From positions 93,615 to 157,097 of the forward strand of contig NMRA01000505.1 of the NCBI GenBank assembly GCA_002633005.1: 63,483 nt of DNA. Direction: 5' to 3'. Both the position numbers and the translations under genes were made by a program. This document shows, in pieces, positions 38,611-51,152 of the stretch (its first letter is position 1; each line of letters opens with the position of its first letter). Origin of the DNA: Phoronis australis. Lineage: Eukaryota; Animalia; Phoronida. The notes beneath the pieces were generated by a model, which searched no databases, was not told where the DNA came from, and worked only from the letters and a program-made list of their open reading frames with translations.

Positions 38611-41600
38611 CCAACAGAGCAAACTTTATCTCCTTTAGCTCCGTTTCAATTCGGTCTAAATCGGCAGTTGTCGGGGACTGACTTTCCTTTTCTTTCTCTT
38701 TGGTGCGAAGGTATCGCTGCACGAGGCGCGCCATCAGAATCTGGTAATCTCCCTCCGTGTCTTCTTCAACTTCCTCATCGATATAACAGCAGCGGTCGGT
38801 CGCAAACTTTGCTTTGCTGTCATCCTTGATCTTTAAGTAGCACCAGTAGAAGGCCCGGATGAAGCTCTTTGGGCTAGGAATGATGTTGAACGGTGGCGGC
38901 AAAGTACCTGGAAAATAAACTGCGCGTTATTGCAGAAAGACCATGGAATCCAATTGTTTGTTAATGCGGTTATAAACTACACGCACGCTCTCTAATGACG
39001 AGGGAGAACTTCGTTGTTGACAAAAATTTTAGTTAAGACATATACACAGACATATTGTACACATCTGCCCATCCGTATGTCAAATAACTTTGAATGCATT
39101 GATAAGCCAACATAATGATCAGTAGAGATCAAGCTTACCCCCTTCCTCAAAAAAACTTAGCCAGACCCGGGTTCGTGCAAACTTCCATTCCATGTCCGCG
39201 TTGTCCGTGACCTTTTGGAACGAGTTGGCCATCATGGCGATCAGCAGATTGAGAAGGATGATTATTGTGACCACGTGGTAGATGGAGAACAACATGTGAC
39301 CCACCGCTGGAGAAACAGAGCGAAAAAATTTCCATTTTCCTCAAATCAGACGTTTGACACTGGTTCTATCAGCGTAGATTGTTTGACTTAATGTTATCCT
39401 TATATGAAATTTGCTTGGAAGTACTTGATGACTCTTCTCAGGTTCGTTCGAACAAACCCCCTCCCCTCCTCCGCGGAAAAGGTCCAGCCCTAGGCTATAA
39501 TACATATGGACAACAACAAAATTGTTGCAGCTACTGGTACTACTAACTACATGTACTAAGTTAGTAATAATTTTGAATTTGCTTGATTCAAAGCGCTTCA
39601 CGTTATCATCGAGCCATTCCAGACCAACTTCACCCGAGTGGTATTTGCGCACATGACAAGATCGTGCAGACGATTAGAGGAGGCTTTATGTTACTCATCA
39701 GCATTGAACTCACGTGGTGGTTACACCGTAGGGTAACAAGGGAGTCTAGATTTGTAAATTTCTACACCTAGATTAGCTATATAGCAGTGAGCGAGCTCCC
39801 AAAAAGTCACTAAGCGGTATGAATACCTTAAAATCGACAAATTTGGAATTGAAAGTGTTCGTCAAATACAGGTATGTATGTTTTTCATCCAGTGTCCAAT
39901 TCGATTGTGGATTGGTGAATTGACATGCATGCGTGTACACGTGTGTGCGTTGCCGCTCTTATAAATTCAGTAAAAGCCGATGGTAAGCTAACTATAGGCA
40001 GCCCTCCGTCGTTGCTCAAAAACCAGAGTTTAACTATAACCGTGTTTGCTTGCTCTGAGAAAGCACCGACAAAGCACGTTCACATTTTTGGGGAAAAGTA
40101 GGTCTAGACCCAATAAAAACTTTGGTTAATGAAGATAGACTTCTCTTGTCAATAGTGTCAATAGTGCACAACCTCACAGACTTCATGCAAGCAACTAACT
40201 TGATGGAAAAGATTTCCAAGGTTAGATGCCACAGTTCCGAAGGTTCGCTACTCCGAAGGTCCAGTACGCCGAAGGTTCGCCACCTTCAGAAGTTCACTAC
40301 TTCGAATGTCAACAGTTCCAACACTAGAACTCCGACAGTTGTTTTTTATTTCTCAAATGTAAGCAGGGCCCCAGGAGTCGCTACGCATCATATCCAGGTT
40401 TTAATTCACACCCTTGCACACATTCACTAGTAAGACCGAACTCAGAGGAGTAGGAGACACCTTTGTGCAATGCTCGATTGGCAGCCACTAAAGCCAGGAT
40501 TCAAACTCAAGGTCTTCCAAACAGGAGTCCCGATCTCAAACCACTAAGCCACTCTGATTGTCTGCTAATGAGTCGTAACGTAACAGACATGAATAAATTA
40601 TTGTATTTGTGTCCATTTAGTAACCATTTAAAAGGTATGCAAAAGTTGACTTCATCTAGTTCTTAATACATTGATTTCATTGTTGAACTCAGTTACAATC
40701 ACTGGGTGAGGTTCAGGCGCAGTGGCCCTAAACTTTTCAGTTGCGCTGTGAAATGATTCGACCATGACATGGATTTGATGAATATATCGTGGTTGATAAT
40801 TCATCAACATTCCAACTCCATATTTTTAAAAATGCAATAACGTTCTCATTTTTCCGTGCTCGTAGGCTAAGACATGCAGGCAATTTCGTACGCGCATGAA
40901 ATCCAAAGTATTTTAATACCCGGGCGTTGTTTGGTGTTGGTACACCGTTCAGTGTATGTATCATTCATTTTTGCATGTAAATGTGTACAAATTACACACG
41001 ATTTTAGATCTATGTTTTCGTAGTCGTGAACCTTGGGAATGGCGCAAGTCGGCGTTTTTCCGTTCAGTGACTACCAGACGAAGAGGGTTGTGAGCATGTG
41101 AAAACATCTAGCTTCTTTGTTAACTACCAAGCACAGTCATTTGTCTGGTATGACAGCAAGCAAGCCATTTATCTACCAGGCTTATTACAGACCACGTGTG
41201 AATACGGTCAAACCCAGAGCGAATTGGTACATTCGGAAAGAAGATTGTCGTAACTTCGGTTGTAGTTGGGCAATTTTGGCAATTCAAAAACTAAACATGA
41301 TCACCATTTGACGAGGATTACAGAAATACTATTAGTTTATGTTTACTTAACTTTTATTTCAACAGCACAGTCCAGTCAGGGTAGATGTGATCTTACTGGA
41401 GATTAGAGCAATTACCGAACAAGAGAGCTGACCCTCCAACCATGAATGCCAGAATGGAGTTAATCAGCCGTGTAAGATATTGGCTACACGGGTGTTCTTC
41501 CCAACTTGTTGTTGGGCTATAGAATCGAACAAGTTGGGAGCAACGGGAAAACGCCGTAATGGAACCGAATGATGAGTAGTGGACTGTTCCCATTTCCAAC

Positions 41601-44275
41601 GATGTAAAAAAATATACGTAAATAAAACAACAAAAATGGATCACTGAATTTTCGGGTATAATAACATCCTTCGTCAACAGAAACAGAAATAATTTCTTTA
41701 TTTCTGTTTCTGTTGGCGAAGGATGTTATTGTATCCGAAAACTTCAGTGATCCATTTTTGTTGTTTTATTTACGTATATTTATTCTACTTCTCGACAAAC
41801 AAGTGTATATTAAGGGGGTCCGGATCGCCTCTTTTAGTTTAGGATTTATTTTCTACGTTGTTAATCAACGATGTAAGCAACTTAAGTAACACGCAAAAAT
41901 ATAAGTAGATAAAAATAAATTTCTTTAAGTTATTCTCCGACTAAACATTTCTGTCTGAGTAGGTGTAGTCACTCCTTTAAGCATGGCCGATTTGAAAATT
42001 TGGCAGGAATTAACATCCGACTTGAATCCGTTCTTTGCGAGCAAGCGTCACGGCATCCTCATCTCTGGCATTACTAATTCCGCCTCATCTCAAAAACATA
42101 GAGCTGGGAGTCATCGTTTTGTATACAAATATTTCCCCTCCCCATGATTAAGCTGCGTCAACTGAGGGCCTTAATGAAAAGTCTACAGTGTCGACGTTCG
42201 CAAAATATCCACGGTTCAAGAAATTCGAACCACCCCCTACGCAATGCTAGCAACGGGCCTGCTTCTCATCTATGTGTTAGAACTTATGTATAACTCATTT
42301 TGCATGACAAAGTAAACAGTAAGCAATCTAAAGATTCCTTCTACTTCGGTAATACAGAACTGCAAAATTAAATTCTAGCCCTGGTATATTGGCATGTTAA
42401 ATTACCTTGTGTGAAGTCGTGCGTGTTAAGCTTTGGATGAGTCTTGTTTCCGCCAACTGGCGACAGAATGACATTAGCGCTTTCTACAGGTGACATGGCG
42501 AATATTGACCAGAAGAGTGTGTATAACGTGTGTGGAAAGGTGTCAAAGTGGTGAATCATAGCCACCTTAATACCATGAACGTTGAGATACATCTGGTCAA
42601 TGTAATACTGGTAGAGCTTGTGGATTCCAGCGGCAAACGAAAAGAGAATGATGGCGAAGATGACCATGAAAATTATGATGTCTTTGTACATGCGGCTTAT
42701 GCTGACCTCCAATGGCCCCAAATTGTTGTTCACTTGCATGGTCAACAGCAAACGTCCACAGGCCATGACTGTTGCGACGGAGTAGAGACCTTCCGCAATC
42801 AAAGTAGGGTCGTAAGCATCCCAGAAACGTCGTTCTAGGTGTGTGTTGTCGTTTTCTAGCACGTCCGTGTAAGCCCAAATCCAGGAAACAAAGGTTGATA
42901 AGAATATACACAGCATAAGTAAAGTGTAGATATTCCACTTGCTCTCAAAATAACCACCCCAACCGTAATACCAAATCTTCTTGATTTCAGCCCAAACAAA
43001 CCCGAAGACGAACAACCCAATTACTGCCTCCAAACCAGTGTGAGGGGGTCCACGGATGTGGTCCTTGCTGTCGAGAAAGTTATGGATAAACAGCAATACG
43101 AGGAATGTACAGTACGACGCTGTCGTCGATAAGAATTTGTTGATGGGACTTGACCACGAGATGGCGTACTTTGACTTAGGAGCCAGCCAGTAAACTATCG
43201 CAATGAACGGAAGCATGACGATACGTGGGAAAATGCGACAGACTTTCTCGATGTTAGAGAGACTTTTCCAGTCTTGCCACTCCCGTAACCAGGCGGCTCG
43301 CAGCACAGTTTGGCTGTTGTGATGGGCAACGAACTCTCTTTGTTCATAGTCAACGGCTGTAGCCAAACGCGAAAATTTGACTGGTCTCCTTCGCCGATAT
43401 CCCTGTTTTCTCTTCAACAAAAGTGACACTTCCTCCGTTGTCCTAGCAACGTTAAGAATATCGAGAGCAAATTTCTTACAATCTTCCGACAATTTCACGT
43501 ATTCCTCCACGAACTCGCGCTCCATTTTACTGATCGCGTAGAATTCCTTGCTCAATTCGAAAGCGGTTAAGATTGGGTCAGACGACGACTGGCATATATA
43601 TGCCGGACTTGACAGTGCTTTGTAAGCGGTCAGTCGCTTGATAGAATCTCTCAAAGTTTCCCCTCTTTTCCTCGCCCAGCATTTTTCCTTGCAAAAGCAG
43701 TTTGGCTTGTGAGGCTTATCCACGAAGTGACCCCGACCCAGCAAGAGACGGATAACTTCATAATTCTCGCTAATGGCGGCTAACATTATCGGTGTAATAT
43801 CTGGACTGTAATCTGGGGACTCGGTATAGCAAGACGCCCTTTCGTCTTTTCCATCCCTGGTCAATTTATCTAAGACAGCGGAAATAATGGCACAGTCTCC
43901 TTTATCGATAGCGCGTAATATGGAATCTCCAACAATTATATCCGGCTGCGCAAGAATTGTTTCAACCATCGAAAGATTGCCATTTGACACGGCTTTTGTA
44001 AGCGCGGTTGCACCAGAATAGTTCTGGCAATTGACATTAAAACCTTTCTGTCGATTAAGAAAGGCTACGACATCTTCCGTTTTATCACTGTCTACGAGTT
44101 TAAAAAATTCTTTTCCTTCTGGCTTCAGTTTAGGAAGCAAAAGACTCGGTTGGTATGCTACCTTACTTATTTCAACGGTTTTTCTTGGCCCAATTCCAAT
44201 TTGAGGCAGCAACAGGTCTGCGTCCTCGTTTTCAAGCCTCAAGTACCGTATCCTTTTCGCTTTGGGCTTCTCCAT
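38567..44275 (-). CDS. TRPC-family cation channel, paralog A, 3 coding exons, 792 aa
   Basis: Exons 44275-42406, 39306-39139, 38907-38567 (GT-AG, phase 1/1, 2379 nt). Same motifs and intron positions as paralog B (exon 2 is 168 nt in both); LFWSIF, EWKFAR, GGTLPPPFNIIPSPKS, YQILMARLVQRYL. Confidence 0.95.
40340..40555 (-). mobile_element. tRNA-derived SINE-like element in TRPC-A intron 1
   Basis: Minus strand: A box TGGCTTAGTGG (~40540-40550) and B-box-like GAGTTTGAATCC (~40496-40507) at tRNA-like spacing; no intact tRNA; 3' boundary approximate. Confidence 0.5.
41609..41781. repeat. Near-perfect ~83-bp-arm inverted repeat with a 5-nt spacer, possibly a Penelope-like terminal inversion
   Basis: 41609-41692 vs 41698-41781: 3 substitutions and 1 indel; a single-arm copy lies at ~11670-11745. 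Confidence 0.9.
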
Positions 44276-45939
44276 TTTCTAACTTCAAAGATTTTCTCAT
44301 AAATGACTGTACTCTCAAATCTGTCGCATTCACGTGCTGTGCACGCATGAAAGATTTATTAAGTTTTAAGCATGGTTTCACACATTTCTTGAAATTACGA
44401 TTCGCCATTACAAACTGTTAAGTGTTGACTGCTGATAATAAGGATGTACCCACAAGTGCAACAGACGGAGAAAAATTGAAAGAGTTGAGTTGACAGAGCA
44501 ACGCTATTGTTAAAGCTTTATACACGTCATTAAAACTTGAACAGAATATCAGTTTTTGAGGTGAACTTGGTTACCACTAAAACTGCGTCGAAAGTGTGGG
44601 CCATACCATACAACTTCAGGGGGTGAAAGTTGAAAGAAATTGAATTAGTTATTCATACAGGAACTTTTTGGAACTATATATGACAGCAAAGTGAACAAAA
44701 TCAACGTTTGTCACGCAAAAGAATGACGTTTCCAACGCGATTTCAGGACGCAAAAATATTCGTTCTTCCCATTACAACGCCATTCTCCCATTTTTAAGTC
44801 CAGGCAATTTCCGCCCGAATTCATTAAATTATTTTTAAAGCTATTTTTCGCAGTTTATCATTAGGCATTTTACTCTCATAAAATCGATCTTGTGATATTC
44901 TTTACCTTCATAGCTTTGATATTCTTTACCGTGATAGGTTTCCGTTTCTGATACCAACAAGATCAACTAAAGCATAAGCAAACGCTTCAGAATTTATTGA
45001 AGTAGCCTAAAACTACGAACTTGAAAATTGTGCAATTACGCATTACCTGTGACCTAAGTCACTTAGTAACGGAAACAGAGTCCTTTCGCAGTAGGAGTAT
45101 GATGATACCTATTGCCTTTGTCCATAGTCACTTTCATGTATAAAAAACAGAATCCTATCACAGTAGGAGTATTATGATGACAACGATTTAATGAAGTGAC
45201 AGGATGGCCTTGTGATCGCACTTGAAAGTGCTCAGTTGTCCCCCATCACGCTTCCGTGACATCGCATAATGTTAATACGTTGAGAGTGTATCTTAAGAAC
45301 GAAGATTTGGATTTTGCTAATAATTTGTACCATAGTGTACTGTGGTAAACAACGCCGGAAGCCAATCCATTTTGGTGACACTGGTATCAATTTAAAGGTA
45401 CAAAACGTGACAAACGAGTTATTTTGGAAAAATGTCATTGACGCGATATCTCAAGAAGGGAACTGTAGATTCTGTTCATATTTTGTACCGGGGTGCTGGT
45501 GGCCTAGCTGCAGGAGCCATTCAATTTTGATGGCTTTGATGTCTTATTTAAGGTCACAGAAAAAAATCAAGCTTTAGACATCGTTCATAGTTAGTGCAGT
45601 GGTGAATTAGGTGGGACAACTTCAAGTTACAATCGATTTTCGTTACCTTGGATCTCATTTTCGGTGTCACAGCAAGAAAATAAACTTTAACTTGAGGAAA
45701 TGCAATTCGCAATACCTCAAGAAAGGTCTTAAATTTTATTCATATTTTGAACCGTATACATTATGTGGGTTGTCTCCTGGCGTCCAGGGTTCAGTCCATC
45801 TTATTGATCCTTACGTCATTTTAAGATGACAAGGACAAAATCAATTTTTTGTCGAAAAACATTGTGGCAGCGATGCCTCAAGAAAGATTTAGATTTGTAG
45901 GTGAGTGACTCCAAGTGCCAGTCGATATTGCTGAAGAGA

Positions 45940-46170
45940 ATGGGAGTAAGAGGGGTACCAATGGGAGTAAGAGGGGTAACAATGGGAGTAAGAGGGGTAC
46001 CAATGGGAGTAAGAGGGGTGCCAATGGGAGTAAGAGGGGTGCCAATGGGAGTAGGAGGGATAACAATGGGAGTAAGAGGGATAACAATGGGAGTAAGAGG
46101 AGTAACAATGGGAGTAGGGGTGACCGAATGGGAGAAAAAGGGGTGACAATGGGAGTAACAGGGGTAACAA
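45940..46170 (+). repeat. 21-bp purine-rich minisatellite (CAATGGGAGTAAGAGGGGTAC) x~10
   Basis: Read directly; explains the four overlapping low-complexity ORFs in the track. Confidence 0.95.
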
Positions 46171-47003
46171 ACATTTAAAAATACGAGGTGGTTATCAGCT
46201 TGTAAAATCCAGGGACATCATTGAAAACTTGCCGTGTTCTATAGACGCAAACTCTAGTAAAGAGGCGGATCTAGGATACCATAAGGGGGGGCGCAACATG
46301 TTGCCTCGGGGAATTGGGCAAAGCGCGATTGTATGTGCACGGGCGGCCCGAAAGTCGAAAGTTGCGGAAAATGTATCGATGGACTAAAAAAAAGGGAACA
46401 CGTCCTATTTACTGAACTCAATATTCTTCACGCTGATGCTGTTTCATTTTGTTTGCGGCAGCCAAAGGGGTGGGGGGCATTTCACCAACATGGTTCAAGT
46501 CTGAAAGCCTGATTTTGTTAGACCAGGAAGCCGGTTTAGTAAAATCAGGTTTAAAGTACCCAAGCCACCCTACTGAGTTGATCTGGATTAACCCAACAGA
46601 GAAACTATCTAAATGCTTCAATGAATCCTAGATCGCGTGGGTACACACTAGTAGAATCAGCTCAGACATTTGCGAAAAAGGTCTAAAAGCTTTTCTCATG
46701 AGGAAAAATATAATGTCTGTGCCCAACACACGTACACACATTAAAGTACATGCTCACTATCAGCCGCAACATGATAAATGTCCAAATTTATTTCCGTGCC
46801 ATTCTGGTGTTTTTTTTCGCGACCAAAGGGAGCAAGACCCCTTCCCGAGAACATGAAATCGGAGACCAATGGAGGTGGAACTCAGAAGAATAAGAAAAAG
46901 CTGTCTTCAGTCAAACCCGTAGCGCTTATGACGATGACGCCTTGCTCGACCAGTCGTATTCTGAAGAATCCGCAGGACACTATCCAGCACGAATTGGTCT
47001 ACA

Positions 47004-47158
47004 CATAGGCGGATCCAAGGGGGTCAAGGGGTCCGGACTCCCTTTTTGCTTGATTTTAGTGAGATCAAATCTATAATTTTCAAATTGTTGACTTGGTCCC
47101 CCCTTTTAAAAAGTCCTTGACCGACCCCCTCCACTTAAAAGTCGGGGATCCGCCCCTG
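47004..47158. mobile_element. GGCGGATCC-type MITE with 5-bp TSD CTACA/CTACG
   Basis: Ends CATAGGCGGATCC / GGATCCGCCCCTG; flanks at 46999-47003 and 47159-47163 (1 mismatch). Confidence 0.7.
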
Positions 47159-47451
47159 CTACGTTTGATCTTGTGTTGTAAAACTGAATATTGAAAATAG
47201 TCCATTTCGCTCTAAAACTGCCTGGTGATTGCACAACTCGGCAACATTCAGTTGCACCAATATCATGCAAGTCTGTCATATTTAACAGTTAAACCTGGGT
47301 CTGATCAAGTTTAAAGTTAAACCTGGTTTAAGATCTTAATACATGTCTAAAGAATAATTTATAGACTTAGTTGGTGAAATGAAAACTGACTTAGACCAGG
47401 TCTAAACTGGAGTTGAACTAGGTTTTACTAGACCACTGGTCTAAAAGATAA

Positions 47452-49122
47452 AGGAGAATGCCACCCGATTTAATTAGTCTTTTTTGCAGTCTTAATCGGT
47501 CTATATCCACATCGCCTCGCATACGGTCGACCTTACCTTGCCAAGAGGTGTCGCGTTAACCTGTGAGGAAGGTGAGAAACGACGCTAGCGACGTCAGTGG
47601 TTCATATGCAGAGTGAATGCCGCTATGTTGCGGTTCATCGTTCCCGCTTGTCCGAACTAAGCAGCTGCGAGGAAAGCGGGTATGTCGTTTTTTTACTTCC
47701 TCGAGAGTCCGAAATGCTTAGGAAGTGGCTCATGGTAGTGAAGAATGAAATGTACGCTGTAAATAGCAAGTATGAGGCCGTGAAACATCTCCGTGTCTGT
47801 GGCCTGCAGACGTCGATAGTGCCCGACGAATGCCGGCTTACCAAATAACTCCATACGTTCCGTTGTCTGAGCTTCTTGTTCACGGCGCCTCTATAGTATT
47901 TCTTCATCTCTGTATTCCTGTTCAAATTGATAGCCTGTAAATCTTAACGATCCACCTGCGAAGTCGGGACTGATGAGCTCTAGCTCGTCCTAAGTCGCGA
48001 CTTGCGAGTTGCCATGTCGGCGTATATTACTGAGCGTTCTGTTTCAAAATGAATTATTCTCACCCTAACCAATACTTATATAAAACTGAAACAAAGTCTG
48101 TCTCATTAGATGCAATTTGCAATGCCTTTGGAACATTCGTGAGCCAGTGCAAATCATTTGAGAAGCCAGCAATGAATAAATCACTGCGTTACCGGCTTTA
48201 GGTGCAATAAAATTAATTGACGGGACACCGAGGCTGTGTGAGCTCATGCAAATTTAGTGTTTGATGGCAGAAACTGTTGTGAAACAATTCGATTTCCATC
48301 CCACGGCCAGGTGTTAGGAGAATCTTTATTTACATTTGCATTACTCAAATAATGATTGTCAATGTACAACTTCTGCCCTGACGGTGCCTGTGGCCAAAGC
48401 GGAACCCGCTGAATTCGCGGCCCCCCGACGAGTAAGTAAAATTGCAGTTTCGTGGCTAATTCACCAACATAATCACGTGCACATTACTTTGGATCACTGG
48501 TATAGTATTTTCTTGACTGGAAGCTTAGTTTCCACTGAACTTTGGCTGGTTTATGTTCGTGATGTCTGATCAGTTTCCGAGCCACTGGCCGGGATAACGG
48601 CGGAGTCAAGCCGGCCGGCCGCGACGGGCCTGATCGGGCTCCGAGCCACTGGCCAGGATAACAAGCGTTTTGTGTTTAGAACTCAAATATCACAAGTCTA
48701 AATAACACAGATCTAGATTCTCCTGCCTGTATCTCACGGAAAATACTTCGAAATTATCTCCGAACAGACCCCAAACTCCTGCTACGGACCTTTATTGGCC
48801 TGCCGAACTTTGTAGGCTACGGTGTGTTCAAATACCAATTAATTCGTTTTTATAAGAACTCTGTGTATTTTCAAGGGTTTTACATCGAAGTTTGATGATT
48901 TATTGGAGTTAAACGATGACTTTAAGCGATAAGCTGACACCAGTAACCCGTGTTGTGAACTGCTGAACACACTGCGTGTGAAACCGATGACGTCATTGGA
49001 TAATTTCAACACCTCCGTCTGCCGTCAGGTGTCAGGTAACGCAACCGCACGTGTCGTTATGGAGTAGAACTACTCGATCTAAATTGATGCAAATTAGGTT
49101 GTTTTTTGGGTGGCATGCTCCT
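47452..49122 (+). mobile_element. Kolobok-like non-autonomous DNA transposon (1.67 kb) with a decayed THAP domain
   Basis: TIRs AGGAGAATGCCACCC / GGGTGGCATGCTCCT (14/15), flanked by ATAA and TTAA; frameshifted THAP-like MPLCC..PACPN..GMSFF..LPRESEMLRKWLMVVKN..HLRVCG at ~47617-47810. TTAA target, purine-purine termini and THAP fit Kolobok. Confidence 0.7.
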
Positions 49123-51152
49123 TTAAGGTAGGTGGATACAAAAAAATAATTTTGACTGTTTTTTACATTTTTATGCTATCCTAATCTCTAATTCTTGATG
49201 CACAGTATACTGAAGAAAAATAAAATCATTCTGAAAATTCAAAGTTGTTTTTAGCTAAATTTGACCAAGCCTCAGTAAGTCATATGGCTTGAGTGCTCAC
49301 CAGCTCAGTGACTGACAACTGGGGCGGAGCTTAAACAAGGACACTAGCTCTAATCTAACCTTGTCAACACACGTTGCGTAACCGGGCAATCGAGAGTGCT
49401 GTACCAGCTGATATTGATGTTGTAGCAAGGCCAAGAATAAAATAATTCTATTTTTGACCACGTGAAAGTTGGTAGTGAAATGGTGAACTACCTCCTGTTC
49501 AGAGCCTGAGCCTGTTTTTCTATCTGAAAAAAAAAATAAGTTGAGTACGCCAAGTCCTACCGAAGCCATCACTGCACTCAGCTTGATGAGTCAGTGCAGA
49601 AATCATGCGTGTACAAGAGAAGTCGGTAAGGTGAGGTGTTTGACGAGAGGACGCCGAGCGTCGACGTGGGTGGTGGTGCACGATTCGGTGAGAGCGAAGA
49701 CAAGCCGCGCGCGACACATGGACAACTACATGCCGCCAGAGTAGAGTTTTTGCAGATAAACCGTGCTTCTAAGCTGGGAAAGCGCCGTGGAGAAACTAGG
49801 CTGTAAAACCCAGGGGATTTTTAAGATGCCACTGGCCGTAAACCAAACAATTACAGAAATGACCCAGAGTTCAAACGGCAACATAACAAAATTTATGCTC
49901 GGAATATGTCCCGAAAATAATAGGTGCGTCGGAAGCTCCGTTTCCACAGATACAAAGGAGACCGTGTATAGGCGATATAAGGTTATTTATTATGACTGAT
50001 AAGGCACAGAAATAAGAGTGTAAAAATAACATAAAGATAAAATAATAATCTCTGGAAAGATGGACAATAAAAAGCGCCAGCACTTAGGTAAGAGGAACTA
50101 CCCAAAGTAGAGGGCGGTAGAGGGTGGGAAAAATGAAGAGAGATTAGCTCGAACCTAAGTGCTGCAAAGCGAAGTACTGATGGCAGGAAATATTACTTTC
50201 TTGAGAACAAAGGAGCCCTATGACACGTGACAATCATCAGCCTATGGGAGCCAGGAGCTGACCAAACTCGTGGCAGTAATACAAACGAACCAATAGTGAG
50301 GCTGGAAATGGAATGTCCTAGTGCCTCGAGTGCAGGAGGACCGCATGCGAATCTACACAAGGAGTTATTGGACCAGTCCGAAAGATGGGGTGTCACCTCT
50401 TTGGCACTGTGTGCCACTAGTGTTGCGTCTGTGACGCCTGGCACTGTGTGCCTCATTTATGTGTGATTGTGTCACCCATTTGGCACTGTGTGCCCCTATG
50501 TTGCATCTGTAACCCCACGGTCACTGTGTGCCTTCTGTCGGGTGCCTATTTCTCCTGTGGGGCCCTGTGTCCTTTCCCTTCCACCCCCTCATTAGTACTT
50601 CGTTGCAGTGTTCTAGTGCATAGATTCAAACGTATCCCTGAATTAAAACTCATGATATTATACGATTTTAGAGGAAAGCAAATATAAGAAACTTTGGTAA
50701 CTTGAGAATCTCACCCAAGCGACGCTATTTGCGCAGAAAGTGATATTTTCTTATCCCAAAGTCCATTCGGTACAGGCACGTAAAAATGTTGAACCATTAC
50801 TATGAAAGTAGTTCTTTATCCTCGTCGCCACTATTGTTATGTAGACAGTAACGCGGCGATTTGATATAACACATATATTGGTTGATGATAATATTGGAAT
50901 ACTAACAAATAGGTCTGTGCCGTATAGTTAGAGAGTCTTTTACTACACTGAATGGAGAGTTCAGATGAATCGTATAAACAATCAACACATGGTTTTAATG
51001 TCTTGTCGGCACACCAGGTGGACCGCCAACTCCGTATACTTTCAATGGACGAAATCTGTGAGCTTGCGCACAAGCCTTTACGTCATTATTCACTGGCGAC
51101 ACCTGGCTAAATTATCTGGTGTAATTTCCGGCAAGTACGTCGTCTGCTAATC

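Noticed and set aside
45878-46178. Four overlapping repetitive ORFs (LLPL.., YSHCYPS.., MGVRGV.., NGSKRG..)
   Set aside because: A stop-poor 21-bp repeat opens several frames; no splice or homology support.
47960-48015. CTGATGAG hammerhead core candidate
   Set aside because: No GAAA box after the putative stem II.
49541-50070. GC-richer ORF-like block ending near AATAAA inside the Kolobok-like element
   Set aside because: Broken frames and no recognisable motif; cannot be assigned without a search.
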